NCBI GenBank assembly: GCA_043228905.1
Contig: JBHGNT010000018.1
Span: 8,370,001 to 8,434,000, forward strand
From: Azolla caroliniana
Taxonomy: Eukaryota > Plantae > Polypodiophyta
Length of the DNA stretch: 64,000 nt
Reading direction: 5' to 3'
Below the pieces are notes generated by a model. It was not told where the DNA came from and made no database searches. It was given only the letters and a program-made list of their open reading frames with translations. This document shows, one piece after another, positions 27,488 to 39,445 of this stretch. A program made the position numbers and the translations under genes. Position 1 is the first letter of the stretch. Each line of letters opens with the position of its first letter.

Positions 27488-30400
27488 ACAGCCAGCGTGG
27501 GAGCTGGTAGTTCCACCTCAGGCCACTTCCTCCTTGTGTCATCATAGGCGTGTTCCGCCATTTCTGCCAAAAGTGCAAGCGGGTGGTACCCACGTCAGAG
27601 GAATGGCTACAAACCTTGTCCAATTGCCCTCGTAGGCAGCTAATAAGCGCAAACCATATGTCCATGATCACTTCCTCCGGGGGCCGCACTAGATCCTAGA
27701 AGACCTTTAGGCAACGCGCTTTCCATACATACCACAGGGTGAAGCCTGCAATCAACATCCAAATGTCTGGGAACCTAGGAGATGTGGAATGCAAGCCTCT
27801 CTCAAATCGAATCTTGGCCGATTTTTCCCCTCATGCATACATAGCACCACCTATCCGCATTAAAGACGTCTGTCTACCGCAACACTCCATGATGTTGTTC
27901 CTTCCACTTCACATGCCGCAAGGAGGTGAGTCACTCTATCCCATACCTTTTGAGCGTGAGGTCAATCCCACAGACAATGCCTTAGAGTCTCAATAGGTGA
28001 ATGGCAAAGTGGGCAGCCTAACAGGCCGCCACGTTTACCTAGCCATTCGCCAACGAGAACCACATTATGACCGATTTGCCACCAAAAAAACTTTATCTTT
28101 TCCGGCAAGTGGAGAAGCCAGAGACCCTTCCAAAAGGTAATGAGCACCTCATCAGGGATGCCCAATGTACGCCAGCCATTGCATAAGGGGCCGTCTATCT
28201 ATAGTTGAAAAGCCCGACCCAGTTTAGTGTTGTACTCGAAGAAATGGCGAAATCTACCATCATGGTTCCACCTGAAATCCCCTGGGTCCCATTCTAGTTC
28301 AACGAGGGGACGACAACCATATACCCATAACTTCCAATGGGGTTCCACCTTAGCAACATCTGGGTCTGTCTTCCGGATGTTACCAACTTGCGCCACCACA
28401 CGGATAGGGTGCCAAGAGCCCCTACTCTGACTCTCCCCAAAAATCCTATCTCTTCCCAATCCGCTCACGCCCTTCAGCGCCTTAACCCTTCCAGCCTCAT
28501 CAAAGAGACCGAACCAAGCATCTTCTCTCACCTCCCCCATCAGAACCCTATCAACTGCCTCAGCTAGCAATCTCCGCATTTTCATGGCTCCCTTAAGGGG
28601 AGGGAATGGGACCTCCTGGGCTCCTCCTAAAGCCATCGTGCTTCTCCAATCATCTAAAGAGTGAAGCCCTGTTTGCGCCAGCTTTCCCCATGCTAGGCCC
28701 TTAAGCTGACCTAACATCATGTCGTCACTTGTTCGCACTTGAGGGTTCCAAAATAATGGTTGTCTAGACCACTCAATTAGTGTCTCTGACGTGTCCTTGA
28801 CCAAATGATGACGTACGTGACACCATGCTCGCAAGATGGAGTTCGTGACCCTATCCTCCGGAAGACAAACCATCTTGGGTGGGACGCCGCTCGTGCAACA
28901 CCAATTCAAGGAGTCGGGCCAAGGCCTACCATACTTGGGAGTCCTTGCCTACAACCTATTGCGAAGTAGAACCTTCCAACACCCCTTACCTAGCAGGAGG
29001 CTGCGAACCACCATTTTGGCTAGCAATGCTTGGCTCTGCATTAAGGGGTCTATGTGGCCAAGGCCCCCTTTGTCCCACGGTTGTGTTAACCAATGCCATG
29101 ACACTCTGGCGGCAACCATCGGGTTGTCCTTACCTGACCATATAAACCCCCTGATGGTAGCCTTAACTGCGTGCAAGCTTGAAAGGTCCATAATCCAGCA
29201 CGAGACCGAGTGTCACATGGTGGCGAGCATCACTTGGTTCACAATAAGAACCCTACCAACAAAGGATAGTTTAGACTTGCTCCATTGGTTCAACTTCTTA
29301 CTTAGTTTGGCTTGCACATGTCACAATTGCGCTCCCTTGGGGATTGCCCTCCCCATCGTAAATCCGAGGTACTTGAATGGCGTCCCATCAGGGACCCATG
29401 CAAAATCAAAATGGGGATGCTAACTCGGCTTCTCTTGTTCACTGAACCAGAGGCCTTGGGTTTTATCCCAATTGATCTTGGCACCGGTAGCCTGACAAAA
29501 GTCTTCAACAAGATATTCAGCTCGCTAAAGATGTGCATCGTCGCCCTACAAAAAAAGGATTGTATCGTCGGCATATTCAGATAACAGAAGATCCTTGGTC
29601 ACATTTGGGATGGGCAATCCCCTCAGTCAGATGCTTGTTGCTTGTAAGTAGGCTGAGAAAGCCTCGGTTACAAAGAGATAGAGATATGGGGCTAGGGGAC
29701 AACCTTGCCTCATTGAGCGATGTAGTTGGAAGGCGGGGCCCCTTGCACCAGATACCAACATGCTACTGGTAGCAGTATGATAGAGTGCAAAAGTGCAATT
29801 CCGCCATTGCGGGGGAAGGCCCATAGCTCTCATCGCGCTTTCCAAAAAGGGCCATAACACCCTATCGTAGGCCTTCTCAAAAGTGTAACATCAGAATGGC
29901 TGACCTCGATGCGGTGCGATCTACCAATGCCATAACTTCCTAGAGAAGCAGCACATTATCAAAGATACACCTACCCCTGATAAACCCTATTTGATTCTCA
30001 TGTATGATGTCCAATAGGAAGCTTGCTATCCGCCTAGCTAGGACTTTTGCGAGTATCTTGTATATCGTGTTAAGGATCGTGATTGGACACCATTGGCGCA
30101 GTTCGAGGCTTCGCCCTACCGCTTTAGGGATGAGATAGATCACCCCCTCCACCAATCCAGTTGGCATCGCTCCTGAGGACCAAATCTCTTGAATCCTGGC
30201 TTCCACTGACGGGATAACGGTTTCCCAATGAATCTCAAAAAAATCTCGTGAGAGACCATCAGGGCTAGGGCATGCTCCCCTCCGCAAATCCCGAAGTGCC
30301 TCCGAGAGTTATAATTGAGAAATAGGGCTACCGAGCACAACTTCCATCTCATGGGTGACCTTGGGGTGAATGCAAGCCATCACTCTCTCAACCAACTCCG

Positions 30401-30881
30401 TGTTTTGCTGCATATGCATACATGCGAGCAGGTCGCGATAGTATTGGGTTGCCATATGCAGAATATCATCCTTGTCCTATGTTATTCAGCCGTCTGGTTT
30501 GCACAGCCCTTGTATATGTCCACCACCACCCTTGGGTGCCCTGGAGTGAAAGAAATGACGTTTGACCTTGTCGTCTATTCTAGCCCACCATGATGCAGCC
30601 CTGCGAAATAGCATGCGGTTCTTCTCCAACGTCCTTTCCCGCAGCTTCAACTTTGCTTCCTCCAGCTTAGCTCTAGACCAATTGCAGCTAGGGTCTACTT
30701 GTAGCAATCGTTGTGCGGCCGCAACGGACTTTCGTAATTTTGTTTCAATGGCTCTAGCCTGCTGGAGGGCCAGCTCGGTTTCCGGTTGTAAAGAGGAGGA
30801 GAGGACCAGTTTCTTCTGCAAATCCTCACTGGCCAATTCACTTACAATGGTCTTCTGCCATATGCTCTGCAACCCTTCTTT
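27488..30881 (-). mobile_element. Second L1-clade LINE ORF2 fragment (higher GC), degenerate
   Basis: PSPDGL, PITILNTIYKILAK, RQGCPLAPY, GGLG, CPLC..ETLRHCLWD. Confidence 0.9.
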
Positions 30882-31429
30882 CACGTGAATACATGAGATG
30901 TCAAGAATTACCATTTTTGACCAAACTTTCCAGAATCTATCACGCATGCGCACATGATTTTTAAAAACATCACTCAAAAATACAGTTAATACTATCAAGA
31001 GTTCAAATTTAACCAATATTTTCTCAATTCATATCAAATTTATCCAAATCTTAGATAAGATTACGGGAATGCATCCAACTATAATTGTAATATGCTTTAT
31101 TGTACACAATGTTAAATTCAAATCCAAGACAACAAATTTAGTAATTCAATTTTGTTGCTATATTTGTCTCTAAATCTTATAGAGATTGTTAGATCGAATT
31201 AGTAAATAGGAATTTTGGATATAATTTGAAAAAATTTCAAAACCAAATATCTCACGATATACCACACATGCCCAAAAACCACTACGAACATTATATGCCA
31301 ATCATACATGAACAACGTGAATGTATTATCAAGTGAGCAACAACGTTGACGTAATATTATTTTGTTTACTCGAAACTAAATAACCAAGATTAAAGACAAC
31401 ATAAAGCCTAGAATAAAGCTAAATTCCAT

Positions 31430-32078
31430 TATATTAATCAAGAAACAATTATAATAAACATTTGTCATACAATCAATAAGTTCGTCATCATCTATTCAAT
31501 GAAATTTATATTTAACCACATACTTTACGAGTCAACCTTTGCAAACATATGATAGACACATAAAGTTTGAGACACCAATCGGATAGTGTAAAAAAATGGT
31601 ACTCAAACGAAAAGTTCTTACATTTCAAAACAAGTTTTCGGTCAAAAATACAAAGTATTATACAATTCACTCCATTAGGAGGTCTGGAACAAACTGCTCT
31701 CCAAGATCAGTTGACAGTTGTGTTGCATCTACATGTTCCATTAGGAGGTCTGGAACAAAACAAGTTTTTATATTAATCAAGAAACAATTATAATAAACAT
31801 TTGTCATACAATCAATAAGTTCGTCATCATCTATTCAATGAAATTTATATTTAACCACATACTTTACGAGTCAACCTTTGCAAACATATGATAGACACAT
31901 AAAGTTTGAGACACCAATCAGATAGTGTAAAAAAATGGTACTCAAACGAAAAGTTCTTATATTTCAAAACAAGTTTTCGGTCAAAAATACAAAGTATTAT
32001 ACAATTCACTCCATTAGGAGGTCTGGAACAAACTGCTCTCCAAGATCAGTTGACAGTTGTGTTGCATCTACATGTTCC
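31430..32078. repeat. ~340-bp tandem duplication covering the 3' end of the MTase gene
   Basis: 31430-31760 nearly identical to 31770-32078. Confidence 0.95.
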
Positions 32079-33951
32079 GTCTGCTCAGCTGAATCTTGGC
32101 TTTGATAAAACTCTAGTACATCTTCGAGGTCAACAAGGTCCCCTCCTTTGTCGTCTATAGGTTCCATTGGTTCTCTAGAGGTCAGCTGAAACATCTAAGT
32201 TTCATTGATATGCTTTTCCCCAACCTCTTGGTCCTGGTCGGGACAATCCCATATACCTTGGATTCTCATCTTAATAAAATTGACTTGGGAGGGGTTCTTC
32301 TCCAATGGAACGCAGTTCCTGAAGAATTTGAGAGCGCAAGCAGCCGTTGTTCCTAAATAAACAATCATACATGCAAAAGTAAGAAAACAAAGATGGGAAA
32401 TTCTATTTTATTTTAAGAAAAATTGATCACACTTACAAGAATACTTGTTAAAGCGAATAAGTCGAGCACCCAACCATCAGGGTTTAAGAACAACTCGATC
32501 AATCGATTAATTAATCGTTGGGGCTTTTGATACGGGTTTACTAGACACTTGTCGCCAGACACATGGTGCAATTTCTTCGTTATAGCTAGGCACATGATAT
32601 AGTTGACAACGTTCCACTCATTCACATGTGCCCAGTTCTTCTTAGAAATGGCATCATAGTACCCCATGCAGAAATGCTCCACAACGTTGACCATTCGATC
32701 GCCCGGGGTACGAGTTATGTTCATTTTAACCCTATTTGTAATGGAATCGAAACAAGTCAATATATATGTCATAAGTACAATAGAAGCCATATATTAAATA
32801 TATTGCAACTTAAAGTTTACCAATGCATGTGTTCGGTGGCATGGCATCTCAACTTCAATGCAATAGTTACTGATAAAGCATAACCCGTACTATGAAATAT
32901 TACGACGCGCCATAATGGAGCCAAGGTCAGCTCTGCAAAGCCTTTTACCATCTTCTCTATTTGCGGATATTTGTATGGTACATCATTGTATGTGGAGCCT
33001 GTTATTCAAAATCCATACAGTATATCCGATAAAGCCTAACCCATACTATGAAATATTACGACGCGCCATAATGGAGCCAAGGTCAGCTCTGTAAAGCCTT
33101 TTACCATCTTCTCTATTTGCGGATATTTGTATGGTACATCATTGTATGTGGAGCCTATTATTCGAAATCCATACAGTATATCTGCGACGAGCAATGTATA
33201 ATGTCTCTTGGGTAATATGCCAAGCATATTACCCATATCACCATTATATCACTATAGTACAATTGTCGGAAAGGATCACTCTTGTGCAAAAAACTTTTCA
33301 CAATATCAGAGTCTTCAGGCACCTCCCGCTCCTTTCCTTTTGTCATTCGCTTTTCATATTTCACTCGTTCCAAATGGGTGATGAAGGCGCTTGGTATGCC
33401 TTCATTGTTGTCACCCATTTTCTTTGAGCAAGGTGGTTTCTACAATTATACGTATTGTAAGAAGATAACCCATTATCCTAAAATCAATTAATATTCATAA
33501 AACATACATACCCATTCTCTAAACACAATGAAGAATTCTTCAAGAGCCTTGTATGATGATGTTTTTGGGCACGATTGCTCTACTTCTTCCCACATAGGCA
33601 GGGACAACTTTTTCATCATCAGCTCTTGTATTTTCATATAAACCTTATGGCCAAAAACCAAAAGAAACTAAGGTTAGAATAAAGAGCAAATCAACAAAGC
33701 AATCCAATGACAACAATCATCACATAGATTACTCACTTTTGAAACTCTGTCACCATTTCATTTAGGCTGAACTCCTTGGCGGCCACTCTTGACAATACAA
33801 ATATTAATAATCTTTCATCCTTTATCCCTTGCAATGGCCACCAAGGAAGCAGCTTCATGTCCTCGGCTAATTCTTCAATCGCTAAGTCACTTTTCTGTGA
33901 CTTAGACTTTATCTCCACTTGTGGGTCCAACTTAGCCTTCTTTGAACTTTA
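32006..33951 (-). pseudogene. 3' exons: amino-MTase catalytic domain (motif IV before motif I, beta order)
   Basis: Exons ~33951-33737, ~33645-33511, ~33441-32820, ~32732-32445, 32352-32006 with GT/AG ends; 156-bp tandem duplication at 32872-33183. Confidence 0.85.
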
Positions 33952-34042
33952 TGTTGGGAGACAATGGGCCGTCAGTGCGGAAGATCAAGGAGCATTCGAT
34001 TGCTGTTGAGTATACCTGCGTATGACAGATTGTAGGTCGTTG

Positions 34043-34076
<34 letters not shown>

Positions 34077-37000
34077 CACAAAAGACTTTCTTATTCAACA
34101 AAGCAACAATACAACACCCTACCTTACAAGAGGGTTACAAGGTCAATATATATAGTGACCGACTTAGGGCAACTACCCTTTATGCTAATTACACAAATGG
34201 CCCAAAGGGATAGTGTGAATACGTCCATTATACACTTGTATTCGACACTCCCCCGTAATGGGCGTATACATGGGTTATCTAAGATTACAGGTATAGACTT
34301 AGGTTCTCGGACATATCAGCTTTGTTCGAGTCGGCAGGGTCCGAAGGCAGAAGACCGAACTGGTCGGGTCGGAACAGTTGAAGCCGATCATTAAGGAACT
34401 GATGTCGGTTGTCGGGAACCATCCTGCTCTGTGTCCGGCTCTAACCGGACTGGTTTGTCGTTACGCCCATCTGATGCCGAAGAAACCGAAAGCGGTCTGC
34501 CGAAAGACACTTGGTCATTCCATCTGCGACATTGTCGGTTGTGGATATTTTCTCTAGACCGATTTTCCCTGAAATAACGCAGTCCCGAACGAAGTGATAT
34601 CGAACGTCGATATGTTTGGAGGCGTTGTGGTGAACCGGATTTTTCGACAAGGCAACAGCACCTTGACTGTCGCTGTAGACAACTGGAGCCGAGTCATGGT
34701 CGACTTGTCGAAACGTGTGCGCCAGCCGACCGAGCCACAAAGCTTCTTTTGCTGCGTCGGACGCAGCTACATATTCTGCTTCGGTCGTTGAGGTCGTTGT
34801 GCACTCCTGAAGTTTCGACTTCCACGAGATTGCTCCATTGCCGAATTTGAAGCAGTATCCGGTTGTTGATTTCCGACTGTCTATACAGCCGGCGAAGTCC
34901 GAGTCGGTGTAACCGACTACGCCTGAGGTTCGGTTCGGACCGAAAAGAATGCCATGGTCTTTTGTGCCAGCCAGATATCTGAACACATGCTTGACTGCGT
35001 TCCAATGCGATCGGCCAGGATTGTGCATAAATCTGCTAACGACTCCTACGGCATGAGAAATATCAGGCCGTGTCGCGACCATCAGGTACATAAGGGAGCC
35101 GACTGCCGGTGCATACGGTACCGACTTCATATCTTCCCCCTCCGGGCCGGATGTCGGGCAGTCTCGCTGAGAGAGCCGAAGATTCATTGGGAGCGGGGTT
35201 GAAGCAGATTTGGCTGATTGCATGTTGAAGCGTTCCAAGACACGTCGAATATAGTCGGTCTGAGACAAAAAAAGATGTCGTTTATCGCGATGCCGACTAA
35301 TCTTCATGCCGAGTATGTGTCGTGCCGGACCGAGGTCCTTCATGGCAAACTTCAACCGCAGTTGCCGAATGAGATCGGCAAGTTCGCCCGCGTGGCGTCC
35401 AGAAATTAGCATGTCGTCCACGTAAATGATGAGGAAGATGGGTGATCCATCTTGAGCTGTGTTGGTGAAGAGACAATGGTCCTCATCGCTTTTTGAGAAG
35501 CCGATCGATTGGATGAAGTCGTCGAACTTCTTGTACCATTGTCGTGGTGCCTGTTTGAGGCCGTATAGACTCTTCCTGAGTCGGCAGACTAGATGTTCTT
35601 GGCCAGTAGCAACGAAGCCTTTTGGCTGCTCCATATAAATTTCCTCCTCGAGATCACCATGGAGGAAGGCTGTTTTGACATCTAGCTGAATCAGCTCCAA
35701 GTTGTCGGCTGCCACTACGCCGAGTAGAAAACGAAGGGTTGTCATTTTCACCACTGGTGAAAAAATCTCGTCGAAGTCGACGCCATATTCTTGTCGGAAG
35801 CCCTTCGCAACTAATCTGGCCTTGTACTTTGGGGTGGTCGAATCAGACGTCTCTTTTAGTCGATAAACCCACTTGCAAGGAAGAGCACGTCGGTTCCTAG
35901 GTAATTCGACCAGATCCCAAGTCTTGTTTGCCCGAATGGAGTGCATTTCCGACTCCATCGCCAGATGCCAGGTGGCGGAATCGACAGATGTCGATGCTTC
36001 TTCATAAGACGTCGGTTCGCCGGCGTCGGTGAAGAAAATTCCAGGAGAGTACCTCTCCGGAGGTTGCGACAGTCTCTCGGATCGTCGAGGTATGATTGGA
36101 CTGGTCGCATCGGGTATCGTGGTCGGATGGTCCGAAAGCGGATTGTTCTGCTGTGCCGAGTCGGAGTTGTCCGAGTCGGTAGTGTAAGGTTCAGCTACCC
36201 GTGAAGCTGATCGTGTGTTGAGAGCGGGGCCTTCTTGAAGGGTCGGCACATCGGAAAATGTTACCCTTCGGACTTCGATCGGTTTTTCGACTGATGGATT
36301 CATAGCCGACTCGTTGAACACAACGTCCGAACTTCGAACGATTTGTCTGCGTTCGGGGTCCCAGAGTCGGTATCCCATTTCGCCGTCTGATCCATATCCA
36401 AGGAAAATGCATTTCCTGGACCGAGGTGCAAGTTTTCGGCGATCATCTTTCGGAATAAGGGCGTACGCCTCGCATCTGAAGATCCTCAGCTTGTCGTAAT
36501 TCGGCTTACTGCCGATCCATAGTTCCTGAGGAATTTGAAGTCCTAGAGGTCTACTTGGCGACATATTGATTATGTGTACTGCCGTGAGTAGAGCCTCTGC
36601 CCAGAAGCCATCCGACAGTCCGGAGTGTTGCAGCATGGAAACTATCCTTTCTTGGATTGTCCGATTCATTCGTTCTGCAATCCCGTTTTGCTCCGGACTG
36701 TGTGGTGCCGTAAATTCACGTCGGATGCCGCGTTGTCGGCAGAATTTGACGAATTCATCAGATTTGAACTCTCCCCCATTGTCGGTCCGAAAGCATTTCA
36801 GTTTTCGGTCGGTTTGATTTTCTACCATAGCGAGCCAATCTGAGAAGATCGAGAAGACCCGATCTTTGGTGCGAATCGGATAAGCCCACACCTTTCGAGT
36901 CGAATCGTCAATAAAAGTGACGAAGTAAGAGGCACCGCTGAGAGACTGATGCGGCATTGGGCCACAGACGTCCGAGTGGACCAAATCGAGAGGTCTCGTT

Positions 37001-39228
37001 TCTCTTGGTGCTGATGTCGGGTGTGATGCGGCTGCTTGTTTGCCATACTGGCAATGCTCGCAGAATTGATGGTCGGAGAAGGAGAGTTTAGGGATGTATC
37101 CGGCTCTAGATAGATGCGTAATGCCGGCCTTGCTGAGGTGTCCTAATCTTCTGTGCCATAGTGATGACACAGGAATATCCACCAAAAACAGGTTACCCTC
37201 TCTGAGCGTAACATGTAACAGATACAGTGAGTGTATCTTGGGTCCTCTAGCAAGCAGGAGGTTCCCCCTGTGGAGTGTCCACCCTCCCGAAGAAAAACCG
37301 GCACGAATGCCGTCTTCATCTAGTTGTCCGACTGAGATCAATGGCCTTGAGAGCTCGGGTACATGTCGGACATTGTGGAGTACAAGTGTAGAGCCACCTG
37401 CAAGGTTGAGCTCTACTGTGCCGATTCCAATGATGTCACAGCGTTGCGAGTTGCCGACCCGAACTGAGTCGGAGTGACGGATCGTATATTGCCGAAATTG
37501 GGATCGATGAGGAGTCACGTGAAATGACGCGCCCGAATCTAAGAGCCATGTGCTCGACTCTTCAGTCGTGAGTAGGACTTCTGATCCGACTGGATTTTCG
37601 ATTGATAGTATATTCGGGTCGTCTGGTAGCACATCAGCTGAGAAGCTGACGTAATTGATCTCCTCATGCCGGCCACTCTTCTTGTTGTTCTTGTTCTTGA
37701 GTGCGCGGCAGTCGGCTTTGATGTGTCTGGGTTTCTTGCAATAGTTGCAGATTCGGTTATCCCGTGACTGGCTCCGTCTTCGTTGATTGTTCGGCGGTCG
37801 TGAGGAATCTCTTCCTCGTATGTTCGATCGGTCTGTCGAACCTTGTACTACATAAGCGTCGTCTGTTGAGTCTTTGGCGAAAGACTTTCTCCGAGCTGCT
37901 TCGGTCAGGATTGCGCTCGTGACTTCGGAGTACTTAACAGCCGTGGTTGACGCGTTGCACACGGTTGTGACGAAAGTTTCCCATGATGAGGGAAGGCTAC
38001 TCATGAGTATCATTGCTCTGAGTTCATCCTCGATTGCCGTCCCCTGTGACGAGATTTGGGAGCTTATGCTTTCGTACTCATTGAGGTGTGCTTGAACCGA
38101 ATCGGATTCTTTCATCCGCAAGTTGTAGAGGCGCCGGATCAGAAACATCTTCGTTGCGGCGACCTTCTTTTCGTAAGTGTCCGACAGTGTTTTCCACAGT
38201 TCGAATGCTGTCGTACACGATTGCACCGTAAAGTATACCGATTCCGATAGGTGCATCCGAATCGTGGCGCGGACGATTCTGTCCAGCTTCTGCCACTCAA
38301 TTGGTTTGTATCCTTCTGGAGGTTCTTCATTTTCGATGGGATCGATTTGCCCCTTGACTATGAGATAGTCCTGCATTTGTTCCTTCCAAAAGTTGAAGTT
38401 CGATCCATCGAACTTTCGTAGACTCATTTCTGACGAGCCGGATGTTGATGCCATCAAATTTGGTTTCGGTTGACGAAGCTCGGTTCGGAGTTGACTACGA
38501 ACCTTGTTGGAGTGCAGCCGGTTGGCTCACCCGATATCGTTCTAGTCGGATTTGAACCCGAGTCGGTTCGGCTTCGGAACTTGCTCGAATTGACTCCGGT
38601 AGCTTGAGGGACAGAACCGACTGGTCTTCCCGAATGTTGCCGAGTCGGAGTGAGCCCGGTTCGCTTCGGATATATATATGCCGAATACCGATTATTGAAA
38701 CCGATTATCTGGACCGATTCTGCTTCGGGTGGCTGCAGCGACGAGAGAGACAGATCCAACTGATCCTCCCGAATGTCGATCAGCCGGATGAAGCGCGAAT
38801 TGGGGTTGTTGTCTTGAGACCGATCTGCACCAAGTGGTTACAACGAGCGGCGAGCAGCGTTTAATGACCTTTTCGGATGCTGTTTAACCGAGTGGAGCAC
38901 GATCGTGTCAATGTTGCACAAGGGGATTTCACCTTGAGCGGTTACGATCACAAGGAACAGAGTACAACCGGCTGGCTTACTCCAAGCGAAGATGATCTAA
39001 CGCGATGAGATGCAAGCCTCGTTTCTCTTCTTCTTCTCTCTTCTTCGAATGACGCAGGAAACCGAATGCTGTGCAGGCTGAGACGACGGCCGACAGCGGA
39101 TTGAAGGACCGACTACTGTGCAGGCTCTGATACCAGATGTTGGGAGACAAGGGGCCGTCAGTGCGGAAGATCAAGGAGCATTCGATTGCTGTTGAGTATA
39201 CCTGCGTATGACAGATTGTAGGTCGTTG

Positions 39229-39274
<46 letters not shown>

Positions 39275-39445
39275 CACAAAAGACTTTCTTATTCAACAAA
39301 GCAACAATACAACACCCTACCTTACAAGAGGGTTACAAGGTCAATATATATAGTGACCGACTTAGGGCAACTACCCTTTATGCTAATTACACAAATGGCC
39401 CAAAGGGATAGTGTGAATACGTCCATTATACACTTGTATTCGACA
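33952..39445 (-). mobile_element. Intact, very young Ty1/Copia element
   Basis: LTRs 33952-34247 and 39138-39445 differ by ~1 substitution plus GA-repeat length; TSD CTTTA; Met-PBS 39124-39135; PPT from 34248. Confidence 0.98.
34441..38457 (-). CDS. Copia gag-pol polyprotein (1338 aa, uninterrupted)
   Basis: CNYCKKPRHIKADC knuckle, WLLDSGAS, DVCGP/DNGGEF/E integrase, LDVKTAFLHG, YVDD, RNase H. Confidence 0.98.
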   Translation of the reverse strand: MMASTSGSSEMSLRKFDGSNFNFWKEQMQDYLIVKGQIDPIENEEPPEGYKPIEWQKLDRIVRATIRMHLSESVYFTVQSCTTAFELWKTLSDTYEKKVAATKMFLIRRLYNLRMKESDSVQAHLNEYESISSQISSQGTAIEDELRAMILMSSLPSSWETFVTTVCNASTTAVKYSEVTSAILTEAARRKSFAKDSTDDAYVVQGSTDRSNIRGRDSSRPPNNQRRRSQSRDNRICNYCKKPRHIKADCRALKNKNNKKSGRHEEINYVSFSADVLPDDPNILSIENPVGSEVLLTTEESSTWLLDSGASFHVTPHRSQFRQYTIRHSDSVRVGNSQRCDIIGIGTVELNLAGGSTLVLHNVRHVPELSRPLISVGQLDEDGIRAGFSSGGWTLHRGNLLLARGPKIHSLYLLHVTLREGNLFLVDIPVSSLWHRRLGHLSKAGITHLSRAGYIPKLSFSDHQFCEHCQYGKQAAASHPTSAPRETRPLDLVHSDVCGPMPHQSLSGASYFVTFIDDSTRKVWAYPIRTKDRVFSIFSDWLAMVENQTDRKLKCFRTDNGGEFKSDEFVKFCRQRGIRREFTAPHSPEQNGIAERMNRTIQERIVSMLQHSGLSDGFWAEALLTAVHIINMSPSRPLGLQIPQELWIGSKPNYDKLRIFRCEAYALIPKDDRRKLAPRSRKCIFLGYGSDGEMGYRLWDPERRQIVRSSDVVFNESAMNPSVEKPIEVRRVTFSDVPTLQEGPALNTRSASRVAEPYTTDSDNSDSAQQNNPLSDHPTTIPDATSPIIPRRSERLSQPPERYSPGIFFTDAGEPTSYEEASTSVDSATWHLAMESEMHSIRANKTWDLVELPRNRRALPCKWVYRLKETSDSTTPKYKARLVAKGFRQEYGVDFDEIFSPVVKMTTLRFLLGVVAADNLELIQLDVKTAFLHGDLEEEIYMEQPKGFVATGQEHLVCRLRKSLYGLKQAPRQWYKKFDDFIQSIGFSKSDEDHCLFTNTAQDGSPIFLIIYVDDMLISGRHAGELADLIRQLRLKFAMKDLGPARHILGMKISRHRDKRHLFLSQTDYIRRVLERFNMQSAKSASTPLPMNLRLSQRDCPTSGPEGEDMKSVPYAPAVGSLMYLMVATRPDISHAVGVVSRFMHNPGRSHWNAVKHVFRYLAGTKDHGILFGPNRTSGVVGYTDSDFAGCIDSRKSTTGYCFKFGNGAISWKSKLQECTTTSTTEAEYVAASDAAKEALWLGRLAHTFRQVDHDSAPVVYSDSQGAVALSKNPVHHNASKHIDVRYHFVRDCVISGKIGLEKISTTDNVADGMTKCLSADRFRFLRHQMGVTTNQSG

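Noticed and set aside
30486-31016. 176-aa ORF as a gene
   Set aside because: Chance read-through from AT-rich flank into LINE ORF2
34594-38368. Short overlapping/antisense ORFs in the Copia
   Set aside because: Shadows of the GC-rich polyprotein ORF
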